In this document: positions 40,218 to 47,940 of the stretch, one piece after another | Position numbering within the stretch: position 1 is the first letter of the stretch | Layout: the number at the start of each line of letters is the position of its first letter | Assembly: GCA_944350315.1 (NCBI GenBank) | Contig: CALVON010000041.1 | Location: forward strand, 7,093-71,092 | DNA length: 64,000 nucleotides | Direction of reading: 5' to 3' | Origin: an uncultured Bacilli bacterium | Lineage (GTDB): Bacteria > Bacillota_I > Bacilli_A > RF39 > UBA660 | Translations under genes and position numbers: made by a program | Notes under the pieces: generated by a model | What the model was told of the DNA's origin: nothing | Database searches by the model: none | The model's input: the letters and a program-made list of their open reading frames with translations, nothing else

Positions 40218-41057
40218 ATGAAACTGAAAAAAATATATATAGAAATTACTAATAGATGTAATTTATCATGTTCTTTTTGTATAAAGAATAATAGAAAACT
40301 AAGAGATATTACAATTGATGAATATAAATATATAATTAATAAAATTAAACCTTATACTAAAGAGGTATATCTTCATGTTCTTGGTGAACCATTAATACAT
40401 AAAGATATCAATAATTTTATTGATTATGCTACCGATAATAATCTTAAAGTAAATATTACTACAAATGGGTATTTAATTAATAATATAGCTAATAATACTA
40501 ATCTACATAGATTAAATATATCATTACATAGTTTTAATGAAAAATATAATGTTTCTCTTAATATCTATTTAGATAATATTTTTAATGCAGTTGATAAGAT
40601 TAAAAATAATACATATGTTACCTTAAGAATATGGGTTAAAGATAAAAATACTCCTAAAATTATCAATTATATTAATGAAAGGTATCATACTAATATATTC
40701 ATATCAGATAATCAAAAAATAAAAATTACTAATAATTTATTAATTGATTCATTTCATGAATTTATATGGCCAGATATGAAAAATAATTATTATGAAGAGT
40801 GGGGGAGTTGTAAAGGATTAATAGACCATATTGGTATATTATCAGATGGAACAATTATTCCTTGTTGTCTTGATTCACTTGGTAATATAAATTTAGGAAA
40901 TATATATATAGATAATTTAGAAGATATATTTAATTTACCTAGAGTTAAAAATATGATTAATGGTTTTAAAAATAATAAAAAAGTAGAAGAATTATGTAGA
41001 CACTGTCGTTTTTTGGAGGTTAAAAATGAAAATATTAAATTGGAAAAAGGAAATTAA
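40218..41057 (+). CDS. Radical SAM protein with C-terminal Cys cluster (SPASM/twitch-like)
   Basis: 279 aa. CNLSCSFC is the CX3CX2C motif. C-terminal PCCLDSLGN...CRHC. Overlaps the downstream tsaC by 32 nt. Confidence 0.65.
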   Translation: MKLKKIYIEITNRCNLSCSFCIKNNRKLRDITIDEYKYIINKIKPYTKEVYLHVLGEPLIHKDINNFIDYATDNNLKVNITTNGYLINNIANNTNLHRLNISLHSFNEKYNVSLNIYLDNIFNAVDKIKNNTYVTLRIWVKDKNTPKIINYINERYHTNIFISDNQKIKITNNLLIDSFHEFIWPDMKNNYYEEWGSCKGLIDHIGILSDGTIIPCCLDSLGNINLGNIYIDNLEDIFNLPRVKNMINGFKNNKKVEELCRHCRFLEVKNENIKLEKGN

Positions 41058-42039
41058 AAGCGATGAATTAGATGAAGTTTCAAAGTGCGTTGCCAATGGA
41101 GGATTAATTATTTTCCCTACGGAGACAGTTTATGGAATTGGTGCTAATGCCACTTTAAAGGATTCTGTAGATAATATATTTAAAGCTAAAGGAAGAGCCA
41201 ATGATAACCCTTTAATCGTTCATTTAGCTGATATATCTCAGATTGAAAAATATGCAATTATTTCTAATGAAATTGAAAGAAAATTAATTGATACTTTTAT
41301 GCCTGGCCCATTTACAATAATATTAAATAAGAAAGAAATTGTTCCTAATAATGTATCAGCTAATTTAGATACTGTAGGAATACGTATTCCTTCAAATAAC
41401 GTAGCAAACGCTATACTTAAGGCTAGTAATGTTCCAATAGCAGCTCCTTCTGCTAATGTTTCTGGAAGACCATCTGGAACAGATATTTCTGATATTATTG
41501 ATGAATTTACTGGTAAAGTAGATTATATTATCGATGGAAATGAAGCTGATATTGGTCTAGAATCTACTGTCGTCAAAGTAATTGATGGCGTACCTACTAT
41601 TTTAAGGCCTGGTTTTATTACTAAAGAAGATATTCTAAACGCTGTAGGAATTGTAAAAGTATCTGATAAGTTATTTAAAAAAGTAGATGGGCCTGTTGAA
41701 AGCCCAGGTATGAAATACAAGCATTATGCTCCTGGTAGTGAATGCAAATTAATATATATTAAAGATATTAATAAAAGAATAGCATATTTTAGCGATATTA
41801 GCAATGACAAAACAGTTATTATTGGATCTAGTGTATTAAAAGATATTCCATGTAAGAAATTTCTTTTTTATGGCGATTCTTTAAAAGATATATCGCATAA
41901 TATTTTTAAATTACTAAGAGAAGCTGATAAGTATGATCCCGATATGATATTAATTGAAGGAGTATCAAAAGAGGGATTAGGGCTTGCTATTATGAACCGT
42001 TTAATTCGCGCAAGTAGCTATAATTATATAGAATTTTAA
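41026..42039 (+). CDS. tsaC: L-threonylcarbamoyladenylate synthase (TsaC/Sua5/YwlC, with Sua5 C-terminal domain)
   Basis: 337 aa. Motifs FPTETVYGIGANA, NPLIVH and SAN.SG. A terminator lies at 42046-42085. Confidence 0.8.
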   Translation: MKILNWKKEIKSDELDEVSKCVANGGLIIFPTETVYGIGANATLKDSVDNIFKAKGRANDNPLIVHLADISQIEKYAIISNEIERKLIDTFMPGPFTIILNKKEIVPNNVSANLDTVGIRIPSNNVANAILKASNVPIAAPSANVSGRPSGTDISDIIDEFTGKVDYIIDGNEADIGLESTVVKVIDGVPTILRPGFITKEDILNAVGIVKVSDKLFKKVDGPVESPGMKYKHYAPGSECKLIYIKDINKRIAYFSDISNDKTVIIGSSVLKDIPCKKFLFYGDSLKDISHNIFKLLREADKYDPDMILIEGVSKEGLGLAIMNRLIRASSYNYIEF

Positions 42040-42115
42040 TAAAAGATAAATTTTACATTTTATCTTTTATTTTTTTTATACCTATGCTATAATCATATTA
42101 TAGGGAGAATAAGAG

Positions 42116-42439
42116 ATGAAAAAGAAATTTATTTTAACATTAATTATAGTATCTATAGTATTAATAATCATAGCATTTGTCCTACTTTTAAAAAAAGATT
42201 TATTAAAGGAACAAAAAATTGATATATTAGATGCGACTTATTCATGTGAAAATATTCCAGAAAAGTTTTATGAAGATGATAAATACATTTATTCATTTCC
42301 ATGTACAAAAAGTACTTCAGTATTCGTTAAATTAGAAGATGGTAGTAAAATGCTAGTAACTAAAGCACTAGAAGAAGAAAAAGTGACAATAGATGAATTA
42401 TTAGAAGCTGGTTTAGAGGTAATTAAAAATGAAAAATAA
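42116..42439 (+). CDS. Small membrane-anchored protein
   Basis: 107 aa with an N-terminal TM helix. Confidence 0.4.
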   Translation: MKKKFILTLIIVSIVLIIIAFVLLLKKDLLKEQKIDILDATYSCENIPEKFYEDDKYIYSFPCTKSTSVFVKLEDGSKMLVTKALEEEKVTIDELLEAGLEVIKNEK

Positions 42440-43167
42440 TGGAGGTTATTATGGATAATAGATTAATTTTAAAGCTAACGAACCATAATGTATATTATAT
42501 TAAGACCGATAAAGTCAATTATTATATTACCATTCCTAAAGAATTTAAAGATACTAATATATGTATTGAACTAAAAAATAAAATGAATAATTATAATCTT
42601 GAGATGAATGATGAAGTATGGGTTATGGAAAATATCAAAAATACATATTCATATGTTGATAATTATAATATTACTTTGGTAATTCCAGTCTTAAATGATG
42701 AAGATGTAAGCATTTTAGAAAAGATGGATGTCGATAATTTTGAAATTATTGATAAAATATTAGGTTTTGTGATTAATGACTCTTATAATCATCTTGTTAA
42801 TGAAAATATCAAAATTGATAATCAGGTTATTTTACTTAATAACGATCGTTACAAAACATTTATTAATTGGTTTACTTCTAGATATCAAAATAGAGTTATA
42901 TGCAAAAATCTTTTAGAGATAATAAGAATTTTTAATGTTAATGCTACTTCATATAAACGATTAGAAACGCCTGGAATGACCTTTGTAGTAGGAAGTTATA
43001 ATCAAGAAGTTAATGCTCCTAAAATAGAGAAAAAAGAAGAAACTAAACAACCTATTAGTAAACCAGTTCCTCAAGTTAGTAGTGGTTTTACTAGCTACTG
43101 GTTACTAGCGGTTATTACAATTGTTGTATCCGTTGTTATTGCAATTATTGCTTTTAAGTATAGTTAA
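42439..43167 (+). CDS. Hypothetical protein with C-terminal TM anchor
   Basis: 242 aa. Followed by a bidirectional terminator at 43240-43277: aaagtttgta...tacaagcttt plus T7. Confidence 0.45.
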   Translation: MEVIMDNRLILKLTNHNVYYIKTDKVNYYITIPKEFKDTNICIELKNKMNNYNLEMNDEVWVMENIKNTYSYVDNYNITLVIPVLNDEDVSILEKMDVDNFEIIDKILGFVINDSYNHLVNENIKIDNQVILLNNDRYKTFINWFTSRYQNRVICKNLLEIIRIFNVNATSYKRLETPGMTFVVGSYNQEVNAPKIEKKEETKQPISKPVPQVSSGFTSYWLLAVITIVVSVVIAIIAFKYS

Positions 43168-43290
43168 ATAGATATAAAATAATGATTATTAAAGTAAAAA
43201 CAAAATTTAATTAAATAATAATTTTATACTATAACAAAAAAAGTTTGTATTTGTATTTACAAGTACAAGCTTTTTTTACTTGATATATTT

Positions 43291-43404
43291 CTATATTAGG
43301 TATGCTACTATTCCAATTACTGATGATGCTACCATCAATAACAATAGAAAAATTCCTACTATACGCATCTTTAAACTCGTTTTTCTTTTTTTCTTTTTAC
43401 TCAT
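43291..43404 (-). CDS. Possible small membrane peptide (37 aa: MSKKKKRKTSLKMRIVGIFLLLLMVASSVIGIVAYLI)
   Basis: ATG at 43404-43402 preceded by GAGGTG (43413-43418, minus strand) at 8-nt spacing. Basic N-terminus plus one hydrophobic helix. Ends just before the bidirectional terminator. Not in the ORF track because it is shorter than 60 aa. Confidence 0.3.
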   Translation of the reverse strand: MSKKKKRKTSLKMRIVGIFLLLLMVASSVIGIVAYLI

Positions 43405-43438
43405 TTATTAACACCTCATTATAATTATATCTAAAAAT

Positions 43439-44116
43439 ATGAATAAAAACAATAACTTTGAATATAATTTTATAGGTGAACTTATGATTAATAAAATTAA
43501 TAATATTAAAAGTATTGTACTACCAAATAAAAAAATAAATTTCTTTGCAATATGTCTTATTATATTAGGAGTAATTATTGGATCTGTTTTTTCTAACATC
43601 GTAGGTTTAAATGATAAAAATTTAATAATAGATAAAATAGAATTGTTTATTGATAATATTGATAATAATAATTTAAATAGTATATTATCATTTAAAAATA
43701 GTATATCTATTAATTTAATATATATAATTATTATTTGGGTTTTTGGAATGACTTTGATTGGGATTCCTTTTTGTATATTTCTTTTATTTTTTAAATCATT
43801 TGTTTTAGGATTTTCAATATCAGCATTTATTTTAACATATGGTTATAAAGGTATAATTTTGGGAATATTATATCTACTATTTGGACAACTTATTAATATT
43901 TTTGTCTTAATGATAATAACTATTTATGGAATAATGTTCTCCTTTAAGTTAATTAAATTAATTTTTAAAAATAATAATTCAAATATAATAGCTAAATTTT
44001 TAAAAAATTATTGCCTTATATTGGTAATTACCATTCTATTTAGTATTTTATCTTCTGTTTTAGAAACCTTTTTGCTTCCAGCATTAATAAAATTGATTAT
44101 AAAATTGTTTGTATAG
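43439..44116 (+). CDS. SpoIIM-like polytopic membrane protein (stage II sporulation protein M family)
   Basis: 225 aa with five or six TM helices. Size and topology match SpoIIM/DUF95. No strong motif. Confidence 0.4.
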   Translation: MNKNNNFEYNFIGELMINKINNIKSIVLPNKKINFFAICLIILGVIIGSVFSNIVGLNDKNLIIDKIELFIDNIDNNNLNSILSFKNSISINLIYIIIIWVFGMTLIGIPFCIFLLFFKSFVLGFSISAFILTYGYKGIILGILYLLFGQLINIFVLMIITIYGIMFSFKLIKLIFKNNNSNIIAKFLKNYCLILVITILFSILSSVLETFLLPALIKLIIKLFV

Positions 44117-44185
44117 CATACTTAATAAATTAATGGTTATTAAGTTTTCTTTTGGTTAAAATTATGTTATACTGTTAAGAAATTT

Positions 44186-44410
44186 ATGGGATATTTAAAG
44201 GGTAAAAGTGCGTTAATGATATTTGAAAATCATGCAAATCTAAAATATAAATATGGGCAGAAAACATTTTGGGCAAGAGGATATTATGTCAGCACAGTTA
44301 GATTAAATAAAAACGTTATTAAGAAATATATAAGAGAGCAGGAAATTGAAGATATGTTACAAAATAAAAGAAGTGTAAAGGAATATGAAGACCCTTTTAA
44401 GGGTTGTTAG
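44186..44410 (+). pseudogene. IS200/IS605-family TnpA (Y1 transposase) remnant, C-terminal half only
   Basis: 74 aa. LKGKSALMIFENHANLKYKYGQKTFWARGYYVSTV...VIKKYIREQE matches the C-terminal half of IS200 TnpA. The N-terminal ~60 aa, including the HuH motif, are absent. Confidence 0.7.
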
Positions 44411-44530
44411 GGTGACAAAGGCGATTGGCAAATTAAAAGGCCCTCATGTGAGGGCAGCCAGTAATATCCCCTTATAGGGGTAGTTAAAAACCACTAGTTA
44501 TACTAGTGGATTTTTATTATCTAGTATTAT
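44186..44530 (+). mobile_element. Degenerate IS200/IS605 element (tnpA fragment plus subterminal hairpins)
   Basis: Downstream of the tnpA remnant are three GC-rich hairpins: ggccctca..tgagggc, cccct-tat-agggg and ccactag-ttata-ctagtgg. These are typical of IS200/IS605 ends. Local GC content is elevated. Confidence 0.55.
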
Positions 44531-44730
44531 AAATTAAGTATCTATCGTCACCAGAAAATAATGGATTTAATGCTCCATATACATTATTAAATGTATCCAT
44601 AAATTCTCCATACACATTACCACGTCCATAATTCAAATAGTCTGTATTAACGATTATGAAATTATAAGCTATAAAAAAATGAAAAAAATTTTCAACACTA
44701 ATTTATAAAGTTATACGTACGCATTTTTTT

Positions 44731-44790
44731 AAAGCAAAAAAATCTCTCTAAACCCTTATATTTTAAGGGCTTGAGAGATTTTGCTTTTTT
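44731..44790 (+). terminator. Long intrinsic terminator hairpin
   Basis: aaagcaaaaaaatctctctaaaccc / gggcttgagagattttgcttt, followed by TTTTTT. Confidence 0.5.
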
Positions 44791-44909
44791 ACAACTGTCA
44801 AAGTCAGGATTATATACAAAAAAAGTAGTATGGTCAATAATTATCTATATTTTTTTTAAAAAAAATGATATAATTAATTTGAAAAAAATACGAAAGGAGG
44901 TGACCTCTT

Positions 44910-45443
44910 TTGAGAAAAAAAATAATTTTATTTTTATTAATTACATTTTTAATTTGTTCAATTGTGTATATAGTTTTTTTACAGAAAAAAAATTCAAATT
45001 GCAATACTTATAATAAAAATATTGAATCAGTAACTGATAAAAATGTAGTATCTAAGGAAAAAGAATACGATTGCACCTTTACGCAAACCTATCGTGTAGT
45101 AAATTTATTAGATGGTTATATAGCAGAAGTTCCCGAACTATCCTACGTAATACTAGATAAATTTCTTACTCATCAAGCGATTTCGCATATTATTCCAATG
45201 AACCAAAAAAATAAATTAGAAAGTGGAAAATATTACGAGTTCACATATCAATTAAAAGGAAAGGGTTATATAGAAAACATGAATGATATTTATCAGCAAA
45301 TTTCCTCAACAGAACTTTATAATCAATCAGATGAAAAAACAAAAAAAGAAATATATAAAGACAAGAAAATGTTCGTTTATTTAACTATCAATGAAACAAC
45401 CAAAACAGGTGTTGAACAAATAAACGAAGATATATGTGGGTAA
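44910..45443 (+). CDS. Membrane-anchored hypothetical protein (TTG start)
   Basis: 177 aa. Strong RBS AGGAGGTGA 6 nt upstream of TTG at 44910. N-terminal TM helix. The ORF 44771..45013 in the track is probably spurious. Confidence 0.55.
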   Translation: MRKKIILFLLITFLICSIVYIVFLQKKNSNCNTYNKNIESVTDKNVVSKEKEYDCTFTQTYRVVNLLDGYIAEVPELSYVILDKFLTHQAISHIIPMNQKNKLESGKYYEFTYQLKGKGYIENMNDIYQQISSTELYNQSDEKTKKEIYKDKKMFVYLTINETTKTGVEQINEDICG

Positions 45444-45486
45444 AGTTATTATTGCTATAAGAAAAGGACTAGCACTCGCTGAGACT

Positions 45487-45507
45487 GCTGAAAAAGTAGT
45501 CTTTTTC
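45487..45507 (+). terminator. Terminator-type hairpin gctgaaaaag-tagt-ctttttc (copy 1)
   Basis: 7-bp stem gaaaaag/ctttttc. An identical 21-mer recurs at 46240-46260. The 15-mer gagactgctgaaaaa recurs inverted at 46408-46422. Confidence 0.5.
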
Positions 45508-45509
45508 TT

Positions 45510-46211
45510 GTGCGACATGCATGTGTTAAAACTAGGGCATGAAAGTTGCCTGTGGGCTTGGTAGTAGGAACCACTAGCCAAAGACAAGGGTGTCTATCGT
45601 GAGGTAGAATCTGGAGGAAGTCGGAGGCAAAGTCTTGGCTCGACGAATAGAAATCACATATAAGGCTCTATAAACTGGACGAGGTTGCAAGATAAACTGA
45701 AGTCCAATACTACACGAGGTTTATAGGATAAATGTGGAGAGTAGATGAGATGAAAGTGTTAACACTTACCGTGTGAGGTCTTGATGGTATGCTATCTATT
45801 ATATGATTATAAGATACAATAGAAAAGTAACCTATACAGAGATGTATAGCTGAACATCAAGAAGTCAGTTCTTGTCATAGTAGCAAGGAAGTATAGGAAA
45901 CTATATGGAGTGAAGGACGAGACGTTAAATATATCTGTTATTGAAAAATGAGAAATATTATGTAAGACCAAACCAACTATGAAGAATAGTCCTAACTCAT
46001 GAAAGTATGTTGGAAACAGAGGATAATGAGAAGCGGGTTAGTAATATTCTACGTGAAGTAAGAGCAAAGATAATATTTAACGAACCGCTGTATATGAGAA
46101 CCGTACGTACAGTGGTGTGAGAGGACGGCAGTTAGTCACTGCCTTCTACTCGATTACTTTGGAGGGAGGTGGTGCGATAATAACTTCAAATTAAAGTTTG
46201 AAGCCCACTAC
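45510..46211 (+). mobile_element. ORF-less group II intron, class C-like (bacterial IIC), inserted just downstream of an intrinsic terminator hairpin
   Basis: Begins GUGCGAC and ends ...CCCACUAC, meeting the 5' GUGYG / 3' AY rule. The interior AGCCAAAGACAAGGGUGUC..GAAUCUGGAGGAAGUCGGAGGCAAAG resembles the domain I region of the Oceanobacillus iheyensis IIC intron. A D5-like GAACCGCUGUAUAUGAGAACCGUACGUACAGUGGUG lies about 70 nt from the 3' end, followed by a D6-like helix. The 702 nt are about 41% GC and purine-rich, with no ORF of 60 aa or more in any frame. Confidence 0.6.
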
Positions 46212-46239
46212 AAAAAAAGAAGTCAATCATCTGGAGGCT

Positions 46240-46260
46240 GCTGAAAAAGTAGTCTTTTTC
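46240..46260 (+). repeat. Second copy of the 21-nt hairpin gctgaaaaagtagtctttttc
   Basis: Exact direct repeat of 45487-45507, located 29 nt downstream of the intron 3' end. Confidence 0.6.
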
Positions 46261-46422
46261 TTTACACTTAAGTTTTTGAAATTTTAAAATCCCAATTTTT
46301 AGTTATATACATATCAAAAGTAGGGTGGAATATGTATAATATACCTGATTTTAACTATCAAAGTGGAAAATAAAAAAACTAAGATTTTTAATTTTAAAAA
46401 TTTTCTTAGTTTTTCAGCAGTC

Positions 46423-46677
46423 TCAATCATCTGACTCCTTTTTTGTATCAAATAGCAAAGTAATAGGAATATCCAAAGCCTTTGATATTATATGAACACT
46501 CTCAATAGTGAAACCACCTCTACGGTTTGGCGATTCGATCCTTCTAATATACTCATGAGTATAGCCAGTTCTATCAGCAAGGTCTTGTTGTGTAATACCC
46601 GTAGCCTCTCTGTACTTTTTAATATTACCTGCAACAACATCATAAATATTACGATTTTTATAATGTTTACGTCCCAT
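46423..46677 (-). CDS. XRE-family helix-turn-helix transcriptional regulator
   Basis: 84 aa. The HTH GITQQDLADRTGYTHEYIRRIE is a Cro/C1-type. Confidence 0.75.
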   Translation of the reverse strand: MGRKHYKNRNIYDVVAGNIKKYREATGITQQDLADRTGYTHEYIRRIESPNRRGGFTIESVHIISKALDIPITLLFDTKKESDD

Positions 46678-46765
46678 AAAATATCACCTCGTTGTGATGT
46701 TAACTCTTGTTTGGAATTATTACAAGTTATTTCAAAAAATAAAGATTAGTGTTATAATATAAATA

Positions 46766-46786
46766 GAAAGACAAATAGTAATTTGT
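46766..46786 (+). promoter_or_regulatory. Candidate operator gaaagACAAATagtaATTTGT (copy 1) just downstream of TATAAT
   Basis: 6-4-6 palindrome ACAAAT-AGTA-ATTTGT. An identical 21-mer is found at 47153-47173. Both copies sit 7-8 nt after a TATAAT hexamer. Confidence 0.45.
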
Positions 46787-47092
46787 ATGGAGAAAATGAT
46801 GAAAGAAAAAGTATATGATTTTTTAAGAACAATCCCAAAAGGTAAAGTAGTAACTTATGGTCAAATAGCAGAATATTTGGGAAATAAAAAAATGGCAAGA
46901 GTTGTTGGCAACATTCTTCATAATAATCCAGATGAAGATAAATATCCATGCTATAAAGTTGTTGATAGTAAAGGAAATTTATCAAAACAATTTGCTTTTG
47001 GAGGCATAGAAAAACAAAAGGAAAAGTTGGAGAAGGATGGGATAGTTGTTATCAATTATAAAGTTAATTTAGATGAATATAAAATGTTATAA
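46787..47092 (+). CDS. MGMT-family DNA-binding domain protein (Ogt/Ada C-terminal domain-like)
   Basis: About 97-101 aa. TYGQIAE and YPCYKVV correspond to the PCHRV active-site box of O6-alkylguanine alkyltransferases, with His changed to Tyr and Arg to Lys. The true start is probably the ATG at 46796 or 46799, using GGAG at 46789-46792. Confidence 0.55.
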   Translation: MEKMMKEKVYDFLRTIPKGKVVTYGQIAEYLGNKKMARVVGNILHNNPDEDKYPCYKVVDSKGNLSKQFAFGGIEKQKEKLEKDGIVVINYKVNLDEYKML

Positions 47093-47152
47093 ATTACAAT
47101 TTAACAAGCAGATCTATAATTAGATTTACTTTTTTCATGATATAATTAAAGA

Positions 47153-47173
47153 GAAAGACAAATAGTAATTTGT
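47153..47173 (+). promoter_or_regulatory. Candidate operator gaaagACAAATagtaATTTGT (copy 2)
   Basis: Identical to 46766-46786. Preceded by TATAAT at 47140-47145 and followed by RBS AAGGAAGG and the ATG at 47190. Confidence 0.45.
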
Positions 47174-47189
47174 TGAAAGGAAGGTATTT

Positions 47190-47642
47190 ATGAAAAGAAC
47201 AATTTTAACTATTGTATTATGTGGGGTTATGTTTTTGGGAATCACAGGATGCGGAAATTCAAAAAATGAGTTTGATGTAGGTAACAAATCTGATATTCAG
47301 ATTTCACAAAGTGATATTTCATTATCAGTAAAAGATGGTACATTGAAAAATACAGGTGTTACATTAATCTTAAAAAATGATAGTAATAAACTACTTCGTT
47401 ATGATGAAGTTTATAAAATAGAAATCAAACAAAATAATGAATGGCATAAAATAAATGTTGAATTATATTTCAACGAACCACTTTGGGAAGTAGAACAAAA
47501 CAAATCACAAGAACTTGAATTGAAATGGGAAGATAGCTATGGTAGATTAGCAAAAGGAGAATATAGAATAATCAAAGAAGTTTATTTTGAAAATGAATCA
47601 GAACAAAAATTTTATATATCAGCAGAGTTTACTATTGAATAA
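47190..47642 (+). CDS. Lipoprotein (signal peptide with lipobox-like ITGC)
   Basis: 150 aa. MKRTILTIVLCGVMFLGITGCGNSK. Confidence 0.55.
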   Translation: MKRTILTIVLCGVMFLGITGCGNSKNEFDVGNKSDIQISQSDISLSVKDGTLKNTGVTLILKNDSNKLLRYDEVYKIEIKQNNEWHKINVELYFNEPLWEVEQNKSQELELKWEDSYGRLAKGEYRIIKEVYFENESEQKFYISAEFTIE

Positions 47643-47867
47643 TAAATTACAATTTGACAGTTAGAATAAAAATAGAAGTAAAGATGCGATAAACATCAAT
47701 GCTTCTTTTATAATGTTTTTTCACTTCTTCCCCCAATTTCTAAAGTTTGCCTAATTTTTTCAACCCATTTTTCTTTGTTCTTTTGTGTATTCATAAAAAT
47801 TCCCTCTTTCTAATTAACTTCACGAAAAAGGGTTTACAAGAATTACTTTTAATGATATTATTTATTT

Positions 47868-47940
47868 AGATGTAATTCTTAACCTTCTTGCCGGTCGGTT
47901 AATTGTTATCTATGATAACATAGAATTACATCTTTTTACT
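47868..47940 (+). terminator. Large hairpin with 12-bp outer stem (agatgtaattct / agaattacatct), nested 7-bp hairpin and a U-tract
   Basis: Outer stem 47868-47879 / 47922-47933, followed by TTTTT. Lies 50-70 nt upstream of the mnmA start. Confidence 0.45.

Noticed and set aside
43408-43599. 63-aa minus-strand ORF overlapping the start of the spoIIM-like gene
   Set aside because: It overlaps a well-supported plus-strand membrane gene and has no RBS. The real small minus-strand gene is more likely the 37-aa ORF at 43291-43404.
44531-44700. TTG-initiated 39-aa minus-strand peptide (LNYGRGNVYGEFMDTFNNVYGALNPLFSGDDRYLIYNTR), possibly a bacteriocin- or RiPP-like YG-rich peptide
   Set aside because: It has a non-ATG start, no RBS and no partner genes. 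It lies inside IS remnant debris and is probably a decayed gene fragment.
44771-45013. 80-aa ORF overlapping the terminator at 44731-44790 and the start of the 44910 gene
   Set aside because: It begins inside a strong terminator hairpin and is out of frame with the well-supported TTG-start gene that has a strong RBS.
45444-45540. Possible coding continuation through the terminator repeat (frame reading ...ALAETAEKVVFFLCDMHVLKLGHESCLWAW)
   Set aside because: The frame has no start codon, spans a hairpin and the intron 5' end, and a stop follows quickly.
45510-46211. Alternative identities for the GC-rich noncoding block: OLE, GOLLD or ROOL large RNAs, an rRNA fragment, tmRNA or RNase P RNA
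   Set aside because: No characteristic motifs of those RNAs were seen: no RNase P AGGAAAGUCC, no tmRNA tag ORF or tRNA-like end. The GUGCG...AY boundaries, the D5-like element and the post-terminator location point to a group II intron.
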